Shown: positions 1 to 9,846, counted from the stretch's first letter. The stretch is 64,000 bases of DNA from Chloroflexota bacterium (GCA_036732045.1 DAINDD010000005.1:11710-75709), one strand, 5' to 3'. Notes: generated from the sequence alone by a model not told the origin. Made by a program: numbers and translations.

Positions 1-248
1 GGCACATGCGCATCCACGGACGGACAACGCACCTTGACGACGAAGGAGTGCTTGTTCTTGAAGGAATACAGATGGTAGACCGATTCCAGCTCCGTCAGGT
101 AGTCGACCCCGCTCTGGCAGCGCAGGTAGTCGAACGCGAGCCGCTGGTCCCGCAAGAGCGTCTCCATCACGCGCACGAATTCGTCACGCTGGACGGTGAC
201 AGTCTCGTCGAGGGGCGTCGCAGTGATGTCGAAGCGAACGCCGGGCAT
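1..248 (-). CDS. nuoC: NADH-quinone oxidoreductase subunit C (30 kDa subunit), 5' part; continues beyond window start
   Basis: Minus-strand translation from ATG at 248 gives MPGVRFDITATPLDETVTVQRDEFVRVMETLLRDQRLAFDYLRCQSGVDYLTELESVYHLYSF..., matching the NuoC motif (F.FL.DI.G.DYL...VVYHL.S). Lies immediately downstream of nuoB. Start may instead be the GTG at 320 overlapping the nuoB stop. Confidence 0.6.
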   Translation of the reverse strand, partial: MPGVRFDITATPLDETVTVQRDEFVRVMETLLRDQRLAFDYLRCQSGVDYLTELESVYHLYSFKNKHSFVVKVRCPSVDAHV

Positions 249-316
249 GATCTGCGCGAGCAGCGTCGCGATCGGCCCCGGTGCCGGCGGGGGCGTTTCC
301 TGGACAGCCTCCTGAG

Positions 317-937
317 TCACCTGGACCGGCCGATCTTGCCGCGCTCCTCCATGATTTTCTTCTGGAGCGCCAGGAAGGCGTCCATCAGCGCCTCCGGCCG
401 GGGCGGGCAGCCGGGGACGTAGACGTCAACGGGGATGATCTTGTCCACGCCCTGCAGTACGCGGTCGTAACGGGTGTAGGGACCGCCGTTGGTGGCACAG
501 GCGCCCATCGAGATCACCCACTTCGGGTTTGGCATCTGCTCGTAGAGGAGCTTGACCGCCGGGGCCATCTTCTTGGTGACGGTGCCGGAGACGATCATCA
601 CGTCTGACTGGCGCGGCGACGGCCACGGCACGATGCCGAAGCGGTCGAGGTCGTGGCGGGCCATGAACGTGGAGATCATCTCGATCGCGCAGCAGGCCAG
701 CCCGAAGGTCAGCGGCCAGAGCGATGACTTGCGGCCCCAGGCGATGATCCAGTCGGCGGGCATCTGCATGATGCCGGGCAGCAGCTGGCGGTAGATGGCT
801 GTGCCCTGCGAGGGATCGGCGGCGGTCGGCTCCAAGCTCTTGATGCGATGGCGCACCTCGGGCGCAACGACGTCTGAGATTGAAAGCTGCGGGTCGTCCT
901 GGACCTCGTAGACCTCGATCTTCTGGGGGTCAGGCAT
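317..937 (-). CDS. nuoB: NADH-quinone oxidoreductase subunit B (Fe-S, 20 kDa)
   Basis: 206 aa with GLACCAIEM...SPRQSD...CPPRPEAL motifs diagnostic of NuoB; follows nuoA. Confidence 0.9.
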   Translation of the reverse strand: MPDPQKIEVYEVQDDPQLSISDVVAPEVRHRIKSLEPTAADPSQGTAIYRQLLPGIMQMPADWIIAWGRKSSLWPLTFGLACCAIEMISTFMARHDLDRFGIVPWPSPRQSDVMIVSGTVTKKMAPAVKLLYEQMPNPKWVISMGACATNGGPYTRYDRVLQGVDKIIPVDVYVPGCPPRPEALMDAFLALQKKIMEERGKIGRSR

Positions 938-940
938 CGC

Positions 941-1366
941 TCACCTCCACCGCAGCACGCCCTTCTTCCAGGCGTAGAGTAGGCCGAACGTGAGGATGCC
1001 GATGAAGACAACCATCTCCCAGAACGCCGACTTGCCGATCGCGACGAAGCGGATCGCCCAAGGGAAGAGGAAGGCAGCCTCGATATCGAAGATTAGGAAG
1101 AGGATGGCGAACAGATAGTAGCGGAAGTGGACCTGGACGCGGCTGCGGCCGATGGTGAGCATACCGCATTCGTAGGTGATTCCCTTGGCTTCCGTCTTCT
1201 GGCGAGGCGAAAGGATGAGGTTGCCGACGAGGGCGGAGCCGACGAGCAGGAATCCGAGGATTGCGGAGAGGAAAACGGCGATGTAGTTGTTGAAAATGTC
1301 GCCGATCATGGGCGCGGCGTTCTTGTGCCAGCTAATTGTGCCATTTTCCACAAGCGATGCTAGCAC
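941..1366 (-). CDS. nuoA: NADH-quinone oxidoreductase subunit A
   Basis: 141 aa, three-TM small hydrophobic protein with the FDIE..FLFPW motif typical of NuoA/ND3. Confidence 0.85.
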   Translation of the reverse strand: MLASLVENGTISWHKNAAPMIGDIFNNYIAVFLSAILGFLLVGSALVGNLILSPRQKTEAKGITYECGMLTIGRSRVQVHFRYYLFAILFLIFDIEAAFLFPWAIRFVAIGKSAFWEMVVFIGILTFGLLYAWKKGVLRWR

Positions 1367-1558
1367 CGCGCCAATATAGTGTCGAGTAGCGTCAGGGCGT
1401 CGTTAGAGGCGAAGCACAGCGTGTAGCGCTGCGCCACCGTCGCGATGTGGAACGCACACCCGATCGGCGCCCTGAACCCATTTGGTTGAACCAACGGGGA
1501 GCATCGGCGCGATTTTAGGGGCGCAGCATGCGGCGCCCCTAAAGCATTCGTCGGCAGG

Positions 1559-4243
1559 TCAGGCCAGCTCGTCCAGCCGCTGTTCAAGCGCTGCCAGCCG
1601 CGATCGGGCTGATGCCAGCATCTCTTCCTGGCGCGCGACGACGTCTGCCGGCGCCTTCGAGAGGAATTCGGCGTTGCCGAGCTTCTGTTTGAGCCGGTTA
1701 ACCTCCGCTTGCGCTTCGTGCAACTGCTTGGCAGTGCGCTCCCGCTCGGCTTTAGGGTCGATGAGGCCCGCGAGAGGTAGCACGACCTGTGCATGCGAAA
1801 GAACCGCGGTAGCGACCTGGTCGGTTGGCGCTTCGTTGACGCCGGCGACGATGTGGAGCGGGCGGACGCGGGCGAGCGTTTCGACCAGCGGGCGAGCTGC
1901 TTCGAGGACGTCGCGGGAGCCGTCGCTGGCTACGTAGGCTTCGACGAAGCGGCCCGGGTCGACCTGGCGCTCGGCTCGTATGTTGCGGATGGCGCGCACG
2001 ACGTCGATCAAGAGTGCGGCGCGGCCGTCGGCTTCAGTGTCGGGCTCGCCCTCGCCGAGCGGATAGGCGGCGATGATCAGGGCTTCCTCCAGACCGTCGA
2101 CGTGGTCGCGGAGGTGCTGCCAAATGATCTCAGTGACGAAGGGCATGATGGGGTGCAGGAGACGCAGGCTGGACTGCAGGACGTAGGCCAGGACCGACAG
2201 AGGTGACTTGTCGCCGTCCTTCAGGCGCACCTTGGACATCTCCAGGTACCAGTCGCAGTACTCGCTCCAGAGGAAGTCGTAGAGCACGCGGCCGGCCTCG
2301 TTCAGCTGGAAATCGGTCAGCAGTTTGTTCACCTCGGTCGCCGTCGCTAGCGTGCGCGAGACGATCCAGCGGTCCTCCAGCGGCCAGTCCTTGCGCGCCG
2401 CCACTGAGCGCAGGATGTCGTCGCTGGGGAGGGTGACGCGCTCACCTTTCATGCTCTGGATGACGAAGCGGGAGGCGTTCCAGATCTTGTTCGCGAAGTT
2501 GCGCGCGGCCTCCAGCTTCTCACCGAAGAGGCGAAAGTCGTTGCCGGGCGTGCCGCTGGTGGCCAGGGTGTAGCGCACGGCGTCGGTGCCGTACTTCTCG
2601 GTGAGGCTTAGCGGGTCGACGACGTTGCCGCGGCTCTTCGTCATCTTGCGGCCCTGCGCATCGCGTATGAGACCGTGCAGGTAGACGTGGCGGAAGGGGA
2701 CATCGCCCATGTCGTACAGGCCGAGCATGATCATCCGCGCGACCCAGAAGAAGAGGATGTCGTACCCCGTCTCCAGCACGGACGTTGGGTACCAGTACTT
2801 GAGGTCGGGCGTCTCCTCCGGCCAGCCGAGCGTGGAGAACGGCCACAACCCGGACGAGAACCACGTATCGAGGACGTCGGGGTCCTGCTCGAGCTTTGCG
2901 GAGGCGCACTTCGGGCAGGTCGTTGGGTCGTCCACTGCTGCGAAGGCGTCGCCGTTGTCACAGTACCAGACGGGTATGCGGTGGCCCCACCAGAGCTGGC
3001 GGGAGATGCACCAGTCGCGGATGTTCTCCATCCAGCGCATGTACTCGTCTTTGAAACGGCGGGGAATCATCTGGATGCGACCATCCCGCACGGCTGCGAT
3101 CGCCTTCTCAGCGAGCGGCTTCGTATTCACGAACCACTGCTTGCTCGCCAATGGCTCGACTATCGTGTCGCAGCGCTCGCAGTGGCCGACGGAGAGCGTG
3201 TGGTCTTCGACGTGGTCCAGCAAGCCTAGCCGTTCGAGGTCTTTGACAATCAGCTCGCGCGTCTCAAAGCGGTCGAGGCCGTTGTAAGGGCCGGCCTCGG
3301 CGTTCATCGTGGCATCCGGGTTCATCGCAATGATGATCGGCAGGCCGTGGCGCGCGCCGATCTCGAAGTCGGTTGGGTCGTGGCCGGGCGTCACTTTGAC
3401 GGCGCCGGTGCCGAACTCGGCCTCCACAGCTTCGTCGGTGACGATCGGGATGTGTCGCTCGATGATCGGGAGCAGCGCCTCGCGGCCGATGATCGACTTC
3501 CAGCGTGGGTCGTCCGGGTTCACCGCCACGGCCACGTCGCCGACGATCGTCTCGGGGCGAGTGGTGGCGACGGTGACGTACTCCTCGGTCGGGTGACCGC
3601 CCTCGTCCAGCAGCGGGTAGCGGACGTACCAGAGGTGGCCCTGCGTCTCCTCGTGCTCGACCTCCAGATCGGAGATCGCGGTCATGCAGCGCGGGCACCA
3701 GTTGATGATACGCTCGCCCTTGTAGATCAGGCCGTCGTTGAAGAGACGCGTGAACGTCTCGCGGACCGCGCATTGCGGGCCGTCGTCCATCGTGAAGACT
3801 TCGCGGCTCCAGTCGCACGAAACGCCGAGGCGCATGTGCTGGAGGACGATGCGGGTGCGTATCTGGCCGACCCATTTCCAGACGCGCTCCACGAACTGCT
3901 CGCGGCCCAGGTCGAAGCGGCTCTGGCCTTCCTTGGCGATCTGCTTTTCGACGACGTTCTGCGTAGCGATGCCGGCGTGGTCGACGCCCGGCAGCCAGAG
4001 GGTCGGGTCGCCGAGCATGCGGTGCCAGCGGATCAGCGTGTCTTCGACGGTAGCCGTCAGCGCGTGGCCCAGGTGCAGCTCTCCGGTCACATTGGGTGGC
4101 GGCATGATGATGCAGAAGGGCTCGCGGCCCGGGCTTGGGCGCGGCTTGAAGAAGCCCTTGTCCATCCACATCTGGTAGAGAGCAGCCTCGACCGCGTGCG
4201 GGTCGTACGCCTTGGGCATGTCAGTGGTGGGCTTGTCAGCCAT
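1559..4243 (-). CDS. valS: valine--tRNA ligase
   Basis: Class I aaRS HLGH-type motif (HLGHALTATVED) and KMTKSRGN (KMSKS) motif, C-terminal coiled coil. Start refined to MADKPTTD (ATG at 4243) inside the longer listed ORF 1559..4330. Confidence 0.95.
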   Translation of the reverse strand: MADKPTTDMPKAYDPHAVEAALYQMWMDKGFFKPRPSPGREPFCIIMPPPNVTGELHLGHALTATVEDTLIRWHRMLGDPTLWLPGVDHAGIATQNVVEKQIAKEGQSRFDLGREQFVERVWKWVGQIRTRIVLQHMRLGVSCDWSREVFTMDDGPQCAVRETFTRLFNDGLIYKGERIINWCPRCMTAISDLEVEHEETQGHLWYVRYPLLDEGGHPTEEYVTVATTRPETIVGDVAVAVNPDDPRWKSIIGREALLPIIERHIPIVTDEAVEAEFGTGAVKVTPGHDPTDFEIGARHGLPIIIAMNPDATMNAEAGPYNGLDRFETRELIVKDLERLGLLDHVEDHTLSVGHCERCDTIVEPLASKQWFVNTKPLAEKAIAAVRDGRIQMIPRRFKDEYMRWMENIRDWCISRQLWWGHRIPVWYCDNGDAFAAVDDPTTCPKCASAKLEQDPDVLDTWFSSGLWPFSTLGWPEETPDLKYWYPTSVLETGYDILFFWVARMIMLGLYDMGDVPFRHVYLHGLIRDAQGRKMTKSRGNVVDPLSLTEKYGTDAVRYTLATSGTPGNDFRLFGEKLEAARNFANKIWNASRFVIQSMKGERVTLPSDDILRSVAARKDWPLEDRWIVSRTLATATEVNKLLTDFQLNEAGRVLYDFLWSEYCDWYLEMSKVRLKDGDKSPLSVLAYVLQSSLRLLHPIMPFVTEIIWQHLRDHVDGLEEALIIAAYPLGEGEPDTEADGRAALLIDVVRAIRNIRAERQVDPGRFVEAYVASDGSRDVLEAARPLVETLARVRPLHIVAGVNEAPTDQVATAVLSHAQVVLPLAGLIDPKAERERTAKQLHEAQAEVNRLKQKLGNAEFLSKAPADVVARQEEMLASARSRLAALEQRLDELA

Positions 4244-4440
4244 AGTAGGAAAAGGATAGCAGACGGCGTCTGTGTTCCAACATGTTGCCGGCATGATTAG
4301 TTTTCCCGAGGAATCTAGTCGTGCGATCATGCACTGCGAACGTACGTGCGAAGGATGAAATGACAGCTTCTACCACCTCTGAACGCTATCTGTAACAGCT
4401 GTGCCGCGAGTCCTTTCTACGGCTCTGGAGTTGGCCGCAC

Positions 4441-4992
4441 GTGTACAAAGACCAGAGGTCCGCGGGGGGCACGTCCGACGGGAAGGAGGTTTGTGATCTT
4501 CTGGCGGTGTTTGACCGTCATGTATTCATTTTCTCGGACAAGTACTGCGATTTTCCGAACACAGGTGACACAAGACTCGATTGGCGGAGATGGTACAGGC
4601 GCGCAGTTGTTTCTTCTGCGAAGCAGGTTCGTGGCGCAGAACGGTGGATAAAAGACCATCCCAGTAGGCTTTTCCTCGATCCTGCTTGCTCAATTCCGTT
4701 TCCACTTCTTCTGCCAAGTCCGTCCGAAGCAAAATATCATCGCATCGTTGTAGCGCACGGTGCTGGCTCGCGTTGTCAGCAGGAATTCGGTGGTTCCGGT
4801 AGCCTAATGATATCGCCTGACGTCGACGGCGCCGAAACGCCATTTACCATTGGATCGCTCCCCCCGCTCGACCAATACGTGCACGTAGTCGACGACTTTA
4901 CATTGGATGTGCTGTTGAAGACCGTAGACACGGTTGTCGATCTGGCGCAGTACTTTGAGCGTAAGGAGGAGCCGTTAGATCTGGCAAGCTGA
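4441..4992 (+). CDS. hypothetical protein (lower-GC islet)
   Basis: 183-aa ORF with GTG start. Its stop overlaps the ATG of the next ORF (TGATG), suggesting translational coupling. No recognisable motifs. Confidence 0.35.
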   Translation: MYKDQRSAGGTSDGKEVCDLLAVFDRHVFIFSDKYCDFPNTGDTRLDWRRWYRRAVVSSAKQVRGAERWIKDHPSRLFLDPACSIPFPLLLPSPSEAKYHRIVVAHGAGSRCQQEFGGSGSLMISPDVDGAETPFTIGSLPPLDQYVHVVDDFTLDVLLKTVDTVVDLAQYFERKEEPLDLAS

Positions 4993-5804
4993 TGATCGCC
5001 ACTGGCGAGGAAGATATTCTCGCGTATTACCTTCAGCACGTCGATGAAGCTGGCCGCCATTATTTCAATGTCCCTGAGCACGTGACGGGCATCTTCATCG
5101 ACGAGGGTCTCTGGGAGAGATTTCGTAGTCATCCTGATCGACTCGCGCAGATAGAAGCGGACAGCATCAGCTACGCCTGGGACGCGCTCATCGACGAATT
5201 CGCTAAGAACATCCTGGATGGAACCCAGCACTTCGCGACAAGCGCGTCTATTTCTGAGCAGGAAGTCGGGCTACGATTTATGGCCTCGGAAAACCGGACA
5301 CGACGCCGAGCGCTATCAAACTCTCTAATGACGGTTCTGGAGCGCGCCGACAAAGAATGGCGGGCCACTCGGATTATTCCACCATGGTCTTCGGGTGAGC
5401 CATACTACGTGCTGCTCTCCCTCCAACGGCCAGAGGACAAATCGGAGGAAGAATACCGCGAAGTGCGCAGGGGTCTCCTCGAGTCGTATTGCATGGTTGT
5501 TCGGTCCCAATACCCTGATGCCGAAGCGGTGGTAGGCATCGCATCTGAGCCGCTCAAATCGCACGGACGCTCGGAGGACTTGTTGTATCTAGACGGGACA
5601 CATTGGACCGATGAACTCCAAAGTGAAGCGCTACGGCTAAAGGACGAACTGGATATTTTGCGCGACCCCAAAATGTTCCGCGTATCCGTGTCGGAGTATC
5701 CCCAAGGGATGGACTCCAAACACGGACGGGATCGCAACAAGCCATGCCCGTGCGGCAGCGGACGGAAGCTGAAACGATGCCATGGATTGCGCCATCGGAA
5801 CTAG
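4992..5804 (+). CDS. SEC-C motif domain protein (YecA-like C-terminal zinc ribbon)
   Basis: 270 aa ending ...KPCPCGSGRKLKRCHG, the SEC-C metal-binding motif. GC content clearly lower than flanking valS and MBL genes. Confidence 0.6.
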   Translation: MIATGEEDILAYYLQHVDEAGRHYFNVPEHVTGIFIDEGLWERFRSHPDRLAQIEADSISYAWDALIDEFAKNILDGTQHFATSASISEQEVGLRFMASENRTRRRALSNSLMTVLERADKEWRATRIIPPWSSGEPYYVLLSLQRPEDKSEEEYREVRRGLLESYCMVVRSQYPDAEAVVGIASEPLKSHGRSEDLLYLDGTHWTDELQSEALRLKDELDILRDPKMFRVSVSEYPQGMDSKHGRDRNKPCPCGSGRKLKRCHGLRHRN

Positions 5805-5924
5805 TTAGCAGACGGCGTCCTCCTTCCACACACTCGTAATCTGTTCTCCTTGACCCGCGCAAATGCGCATGACAATCTGGTCACGTCGCCCGTCTGGAGG
5901 AGATTCCAGGAAGTTGCCCCGCTT

Positions 5925-6791
5925 ATGGGTCATTGGTTTCGTATCGGAGATTTCGAGCTGCTTGTCGTGTCTGATGGCGTCATCCGCCAGGACGCCGGGG
6001 CGACGTTCGGCCTCGTGCCGCGGGTAATGTGGGAGCCGTTTGTGACGGACATCGACGAGAAGTATCGCCTGGAGGTTGGGCTGAACTCGCTGATCATTCG
6101 GGGGTCCGGTAAGACGGCGCTCGTGGACACGGGCTGCGGGACGAAGACGAAGCGCGCGCCGGGCGCGATGGGAATCGAGAACGCGGGGGCACTGTTGCCC
6201 AACCTCCACAGGGAGGGTATTGCAGCGGAAGATGTCGACATTGTGATCAACTCGCACCTGCATTTCGATCACTGCGGGGGCAACACAGTCAACGACGGCG
6301 GCAGCGTGCGCCCGGCCTTCCCCCGCGCGCGCTACCTGATCCAGAAGGGCGAGTGGGACGCCGCCATGCACCCGAACGACCGCACGCGCGGCACGTACCT
6401 CCCCGAGAACTTTGAGCCGTTGGACGCCGCGAAACAGGTGGCGCTAATTGACGGCGATGCCGATGTCCTGCCCGGCGTGAGGATGACCCGCGCGCCGGGC
6501 CACACGAAGGACCACGTCGTAGTGGAGATCGAATCCGGCGGCGACTACGGCCTCTACATCGGCGAGTTGTCGCAGCATCCGGTGCAGCTGGAGCGGCTGG
6601 CCTGGATCAGCGCCTTCGATATTTTGCCTGTCGTCTCGCTGGAGACGAAGAAGCGCTTCGTCGAGAAGTCGCTGGAGAAGGACGCGACGCTGATCTCCGT
6701 CCACCACGAATACCCGGGCGTCGGGCGTCTGCAGATGGACGGTGGGAAGCGCAAGTGGCAGGCGCTAAACGAAAACGGAGCGGATGCATGA
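5925..6791 (+). CDS. MBL-fold metallo-hydrolase
   Basis: HLHFDHCGG (HxHxDH) zinc-binding motif plus later His/Asp residues. Start placed at MGHWFRIGD; the listed ORF begins at 5850. Confidence 0.8.
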   Translation: MGHWFRIGDFELLVVSDGVIRQDAGATFGLVPRVMWEPFVTDIDEKYRLEVGLNSLIIRGSGKTALVDTGCGTKTKRAPGAMGIENAGALLPNLHREGIAAEDVDIVINSHLHFDHCGGNTVNDGGSVRPAFPRARYLIQKGEWDAAMHPNDRTRGTYLPENFEPLDAAKQVALIDGDADVLPGVRMTRAPGHTKDHVVVEIESGGDYGLYIGELSQHPVQLERLAWISAFDILPVVSLETKKRFVEKSLEKDATLISVHHEYPGVGRLQMDGGKRKWQALNENGADA

Positions 6792-6900
6792 TCCGCTCCG
6801 TTTTCCGGCAGCCCAATTGGACTGTGCACGCTCCGACTAAGGTACCTTTAGCGTACAACAGTCCTCGTGAGATATCGCGGCTTGGGCGACCTTCTCGAGG

Positions 6901-6974
6901 TACCCCTGGTGGGACTCGAACCCACATCCTCACCTTAGTCGGAGGTGTGCTCTCTCCGATCGAGCTACCGGGGC
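6901..6974 (-). tRNA. tRNA-like gene, putative tRNA-Val(GAC) with non-canonical features (possible pseudo-tRNA)
   Basis: Minus-strand sequence GCCCCGG-TA-GCTC..GAGC-A-CACCT-CCGACTA-AGGTG-AGGAT-GTGGG-TTCGAGT-CCCAC-CAGGGGT-A. Perfect T-arm (GGTTCGAGTCC), D-arm and anticodon stem. The anticodon loop is CCGACUA (C33 and U37 instead of U33/R37) and the acceptor stem has a G6-A67 mismatch. The CCA tail is only partly encoded. Confidence 0.55.
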
Positions 6975-7019
6975 ACGGCAGGAGCCTACGAACTCGCGAG
7001 GCGGGGGCACAATAAGTAA

Positions 7020-8126
7020 GTGGCACACAACACCGGCACTCTCCTCCACACGCCACTGTACGAGGAGCACGTGCGGCTCGGAGCGCGGATGGTCCCCTTC
7101 GCGGGCTGGGAGATGCCCGTCCAGTACACCGGCGTAATCGAAGAGCACAACGCCGTCCGCGGGCGGGCCGGGATGTTCGACGTCTCGCACATGGGGCGCT
7201 TCGAAGTGGATGGCCCGGACGCCGGCCGGTTTCTGCGATACGTCTGTACCTGGGACATGACCCTCCTGGCGCCGGGGGAAGGCCACTACGCTGCGGCCTG
7301 CAATGAGCTCGGCGGCATCGTAGATGACGTCTACATTTTCTGCCTCGCGCCGGAACGCCACTTCATCGTCGTCAACGCCTCCAACGCGCCGAAGATGCGA
7401 GCGTGGATGCGCGAGCAGATCGGCGCCTCTAATGCGCGCTTGGTCGACCGACACGAGTCGACGGCAATGATCGCGGTGCAGGGGCCCGAGGCGCTCGGTC
7501 GGCTGGCGGGACTGCTCGGCGAGGCGTTCGTCGGCTCGATCAAGCCGCGGCGCTGCGCGGAGGTGGAGTGGCAGGGACAGACCCTGTTCGCCTCGCGCAC
7601 CGGATATACGGGCGAGGACGGGCTGGAGATTGTTGTCGAGGCGGCGGTTGCGCCCGAGCTGTGGCGAGCGCTGCTCGATTCCGGTGTCACGCCGGCCGGC
7701 CTTGGCGCCCGCGACACGCTGCGACTGGAAGCGGCGCTACTCTTGTACGGCAACGACATGGACGAGGAGACGAACCCGTTCGAGGTTGGCCTGGACTGGG
7801 TGTTGACGTTCGACGATGGGGCCGACTTCCTCGGGCGGACGGCGCTCCAGCATATCGAGAAGGCAGGCGCCGAGCGAACCTTGGTCTGCCTGCGCGCGCT
7901 GGACCGGGGCGTCATGCGCCACGGTTGCGTGGTCGTCCGCGAAGGCGAAGGCGTCGGCGTCGTGACCAGCGGTACGTTTTCGCCAACGCTGGGCGTGAGC
8001 ATCGGCATGGGGTTCGTCCCGTCGGCGCTTTCGGCCGAAGGCACCCGGCTGGACGTCGACGTGCGCGGCCGGATACTGCCGGTTGAGATCGTGCCGCGCC
8101 CGTTCTACAAGCGACCGAAACAATAG
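7020..8126 (+). CDS. gcvT: glycine cleavage system aminomethyltransferase T
   Basis: 368 aa, GTG start; N-terminus ...GARMVPFAGWEMPVQYTG...MFDVSHMGR typical of GcvT. First gene of the gcvT-H-PA-PB operon. Confidence 0.9.
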   Translation: MAHNTGTLLHTPLYEEHVRLGARMVPFAGWEMPVQYTGVIEEHNAVRGRAGMFDVSHMGRFEVDGPDAGRFLRYVCTWDMTLLAPGEGHYAAACNELGGIVDDVYIFCLAPERHFIVVNASNAPKMRAWMREQIGASNARLVDRHESTAMIAVQGPEALGRLAGLLGEAFVGSIKPRRCAEVEWQGQTLFASRTGYTGEDGLEIVVEAAVAPELWRALLDSGVTPAGLGARDTLRLEAALLLYGNDMDEETNPFEVGLDWVLTFDDGADFLGRTALQHIEKAGAERTLVCLRALDRGVMRHGCVVVREGEGVGVVTSGTFSPTLGVSIGMGFVPSALSAEGTRLDVDVRGRILPVEIVPRPFYKRPKQ

Positions 8127-8140
8127 TTAAGGAGACGAGC

Positions 8141-8530
8141 TTGGCCAGTCCTTCTGACCTGAAGTACACGAAGGAACACGAGTGGGTACGTATTGACGCC
8201 GATATCGGCACCGTAGGCATTACGGACTATGCACAGAACCAGCTGGGCGACATCGTCTTCGTCGACCTGCCGATGCCACGCACGCAAGTCGGCGCACTCC
8301 AGAAGTTCGGCGAGATCGAGTCGGTGAAGGCTGTCTCGGAACTGTTTTCGCCCGTCTCCGGCGAGGTGCTTGAGCGCAACGAGACGCTGGCCGACAACCC
8401 GCAGTGGGTGAACGACGACCCCTACGGCGACGGCTGGATGATCCGCGTGCGGCTCTCGGCCACTGGTGAGATCGACAAGCTGATGTCGGCCGAAGAGTAC
8501 GAGACGTTCCTGCAAACGGCGGATCACTGA
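8141..8530 (+). CDS. gcvH: glycine cleavage system H protein (lipoyl carrier)
   Basis: 129 aa with lipoyl-lysine motif ESVKAVSE; AAGGAG RBS upstream. Confidence 0.9.
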   Translation: MASPSDLKYTKEHEWVRIDADIGTVGITDYAQNQLGDIVFVDLPMPRTQVGALQKFGEIESVKAVSELFSPVSGEVLERNETLADNPQWVNDDPYGDGWMIRVRLSATGEIDKLMSAEEYETFLQTADH

Positions 8531-9846
8531 TGCCATCCAGCCCACACCCGTACATCCCGAACACCGACGCTGACCGGGAGCGGATGCTGAGCGCGATCGG
8601 GGTCGGCGGTGTGGACGAGCTGTTTACTGACATTCCGGCGGAGTTCCGGATCGACGGCCTCGCCCTTCCGCCGGCGCCGAGCGAACCGGACCTCTCGCGC
8701 GAGCTGTCGGACCTGGCGCATCGCAACCGGGTCGCCGGCAACGGCATCGCGTTCTTCCTCGGTGGCGGCGCTTACCGGCACTTTATCCCGAGCACGGTCT
8801 CACACATCGTCGGCCGCAGCGAGTACTACACCGCCTACACGCCGTACCAGCCCGAGATTAGCCAGGGAACACTGCAGACGATGTTCGAACTGCAGTCGAT
8901 GACATGCGAGCTGACGGGGATGGACGTGGCGAACGCGGGTATGTACGACGGGGCCAGCGCTCTCGCAGAGGCCTGTCTGATGGCCTGCCGCCTGACAGGT
9001 CGCAGCCACATCGCGGTACACCGGAGCGTGAACCCGGCCTATCTCGACGTTGTGCGCACATACGCCTTTGGACCGGAGCTGCAGATCGATGAAATTGATG
9101 CCGACGAGATGACCTCGGAGCACGCCTGTCTCGCCGTCCAGCAACCGGGGTTCCTCGGCGAACTGGAGGACGTTTGGGCGCTGGGAGAGGCCGCGCACGC
9201 GGCGGGGGCGCTGTACGTCGTCGCCGCGGACCCGATCTCGCTGGGCATGCTGGCGCCGCCGGGCGATTACGGCGGGGACATCGCCGTCGCGGAGGGCCAA
9301 AGTCTCGGCTGGGCACCGAACTATGGCGGCCCGTACATCGGTCTCTTCACCTGCAAGAGCGACTTTGTGAGACAGATGCCGGGCCGTATCGTCGGTCGCA
9401 CCACCGACCTCGATGGCCGCACGGCGTACGTCCTCACGCTGCAGACGCGCGAGCAGCACATCCGCCGCGAGCGAGCGACGTCCAACATCTGCACGAGCCA
9501 GCAACTGGTGGGGCTGGCGGCGACGGTCTACCTGGCGACGGTCGGCAAGCATGGCCTTCGCCTGGTCGCCGAGGCCTGCTACCACAAGGCGCACTACGCG
9601 GCACAGATCATCGATGCGCTGCCCGGCTATGCGGTCGAGGCGAGCCGGACGTTCTTCAAAGAGTTCGTCGTCCGCTGCCCGATGCCGCCGGCGGAGATCA
9701 ACCACCTCCTCCTCCAGCGAGACATCATCGGCGGTCTCGACGTCTCGGACCATGTCGGCAACGGCATGCTGCTCTGTGTAACGGAGATGAACAATCGCGA
9801 GGAGATCGAACGGTTACGGGACGCGCTGGCGGAGGTGGGACGATGA
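8530..9846 (+). CDS. gcvPA: glycine dehydrogenase (decarboxylating) subunit 1
   Basis: 438 aa, N-terminal half of split P protein; start overlaps the gcvH stop. Confidence 0.9.
   Translation: MPSSPHPYIPNTDADRERMLSAIGVGGVDELFTDIPAEFRIDGLALPPAPSEPDLSRELSDLAHRNRVAGNGIAFFLGGGAYRHFIPSTVSHIVGRSEYYTAYTPYQPEISQGTLQTMFELQSMTCELTGMDVANAGMYDGASALAEACLMACRLTGRSHIAVHRSVNPAYLDVVRTYAFGPELQIDEIDADEMTSEHACLAVQQPGFLGELEDVWALGEAAHAAGALYVVAADPISLGMLAPPGDYGGDIAVAEGQSLGWAPNYGGPYIGLFTCKSDFVRQMPGRIVGRTTDLDGRTAYVLTLQTREQHIRRERATSNICTSQQLVGLAATVYLATVGKHGLRLVAEACYHKAHYAAQIIDALPGYAVEASRTFFKEFVVRCPMPPAEINHLLLQRDIIGGLDVSDHVGNGMLLCVTEMNNREEIERLRDALAEVGR

Noticed and set aside
6-607. Plus-strand ORFs 6..422 and 281..607
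   Set aside because: Antisense to nuoC/nuoB, whose translations carry diagnostic complex I motifs.
3264-4300. 301-aa minus-strand and 317-aa plus-strand ORFs inside valS
   Set aside because: Alternative frames of the valS coding region with Arg/Pro-rich nonsense translations. valS itself has unambiguous class I aaRS motifs.
4244-4440. Direct repeat of the tRNA 3' end (att site) flanking the 4.2-5.8 kb islet
   Set aside because: Scanned for GGGTTCGAGTCCCAC-like sequence in 4244-4440 and found none. Integration via this tRNA cannot be supported from sequence.
6975-7019. Glycine riboswitch upstream of gcvT
   Set aside because: Only ~45 nt separate the tRNA-like gene from the gcvT start, too short for even a single glycine aptamer. 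No GGAGAG/CACCG core motifs were seen on the plus strand.
9174-9842. Upstream extension of the gcvPB ORF (9174 start)
   Set aside because: Overlaps the gcvPA coding region in another frame. The conserved GcvPB N-terminus begins at MTMTEDFAG (9843), coupled to the gcvPA stop.
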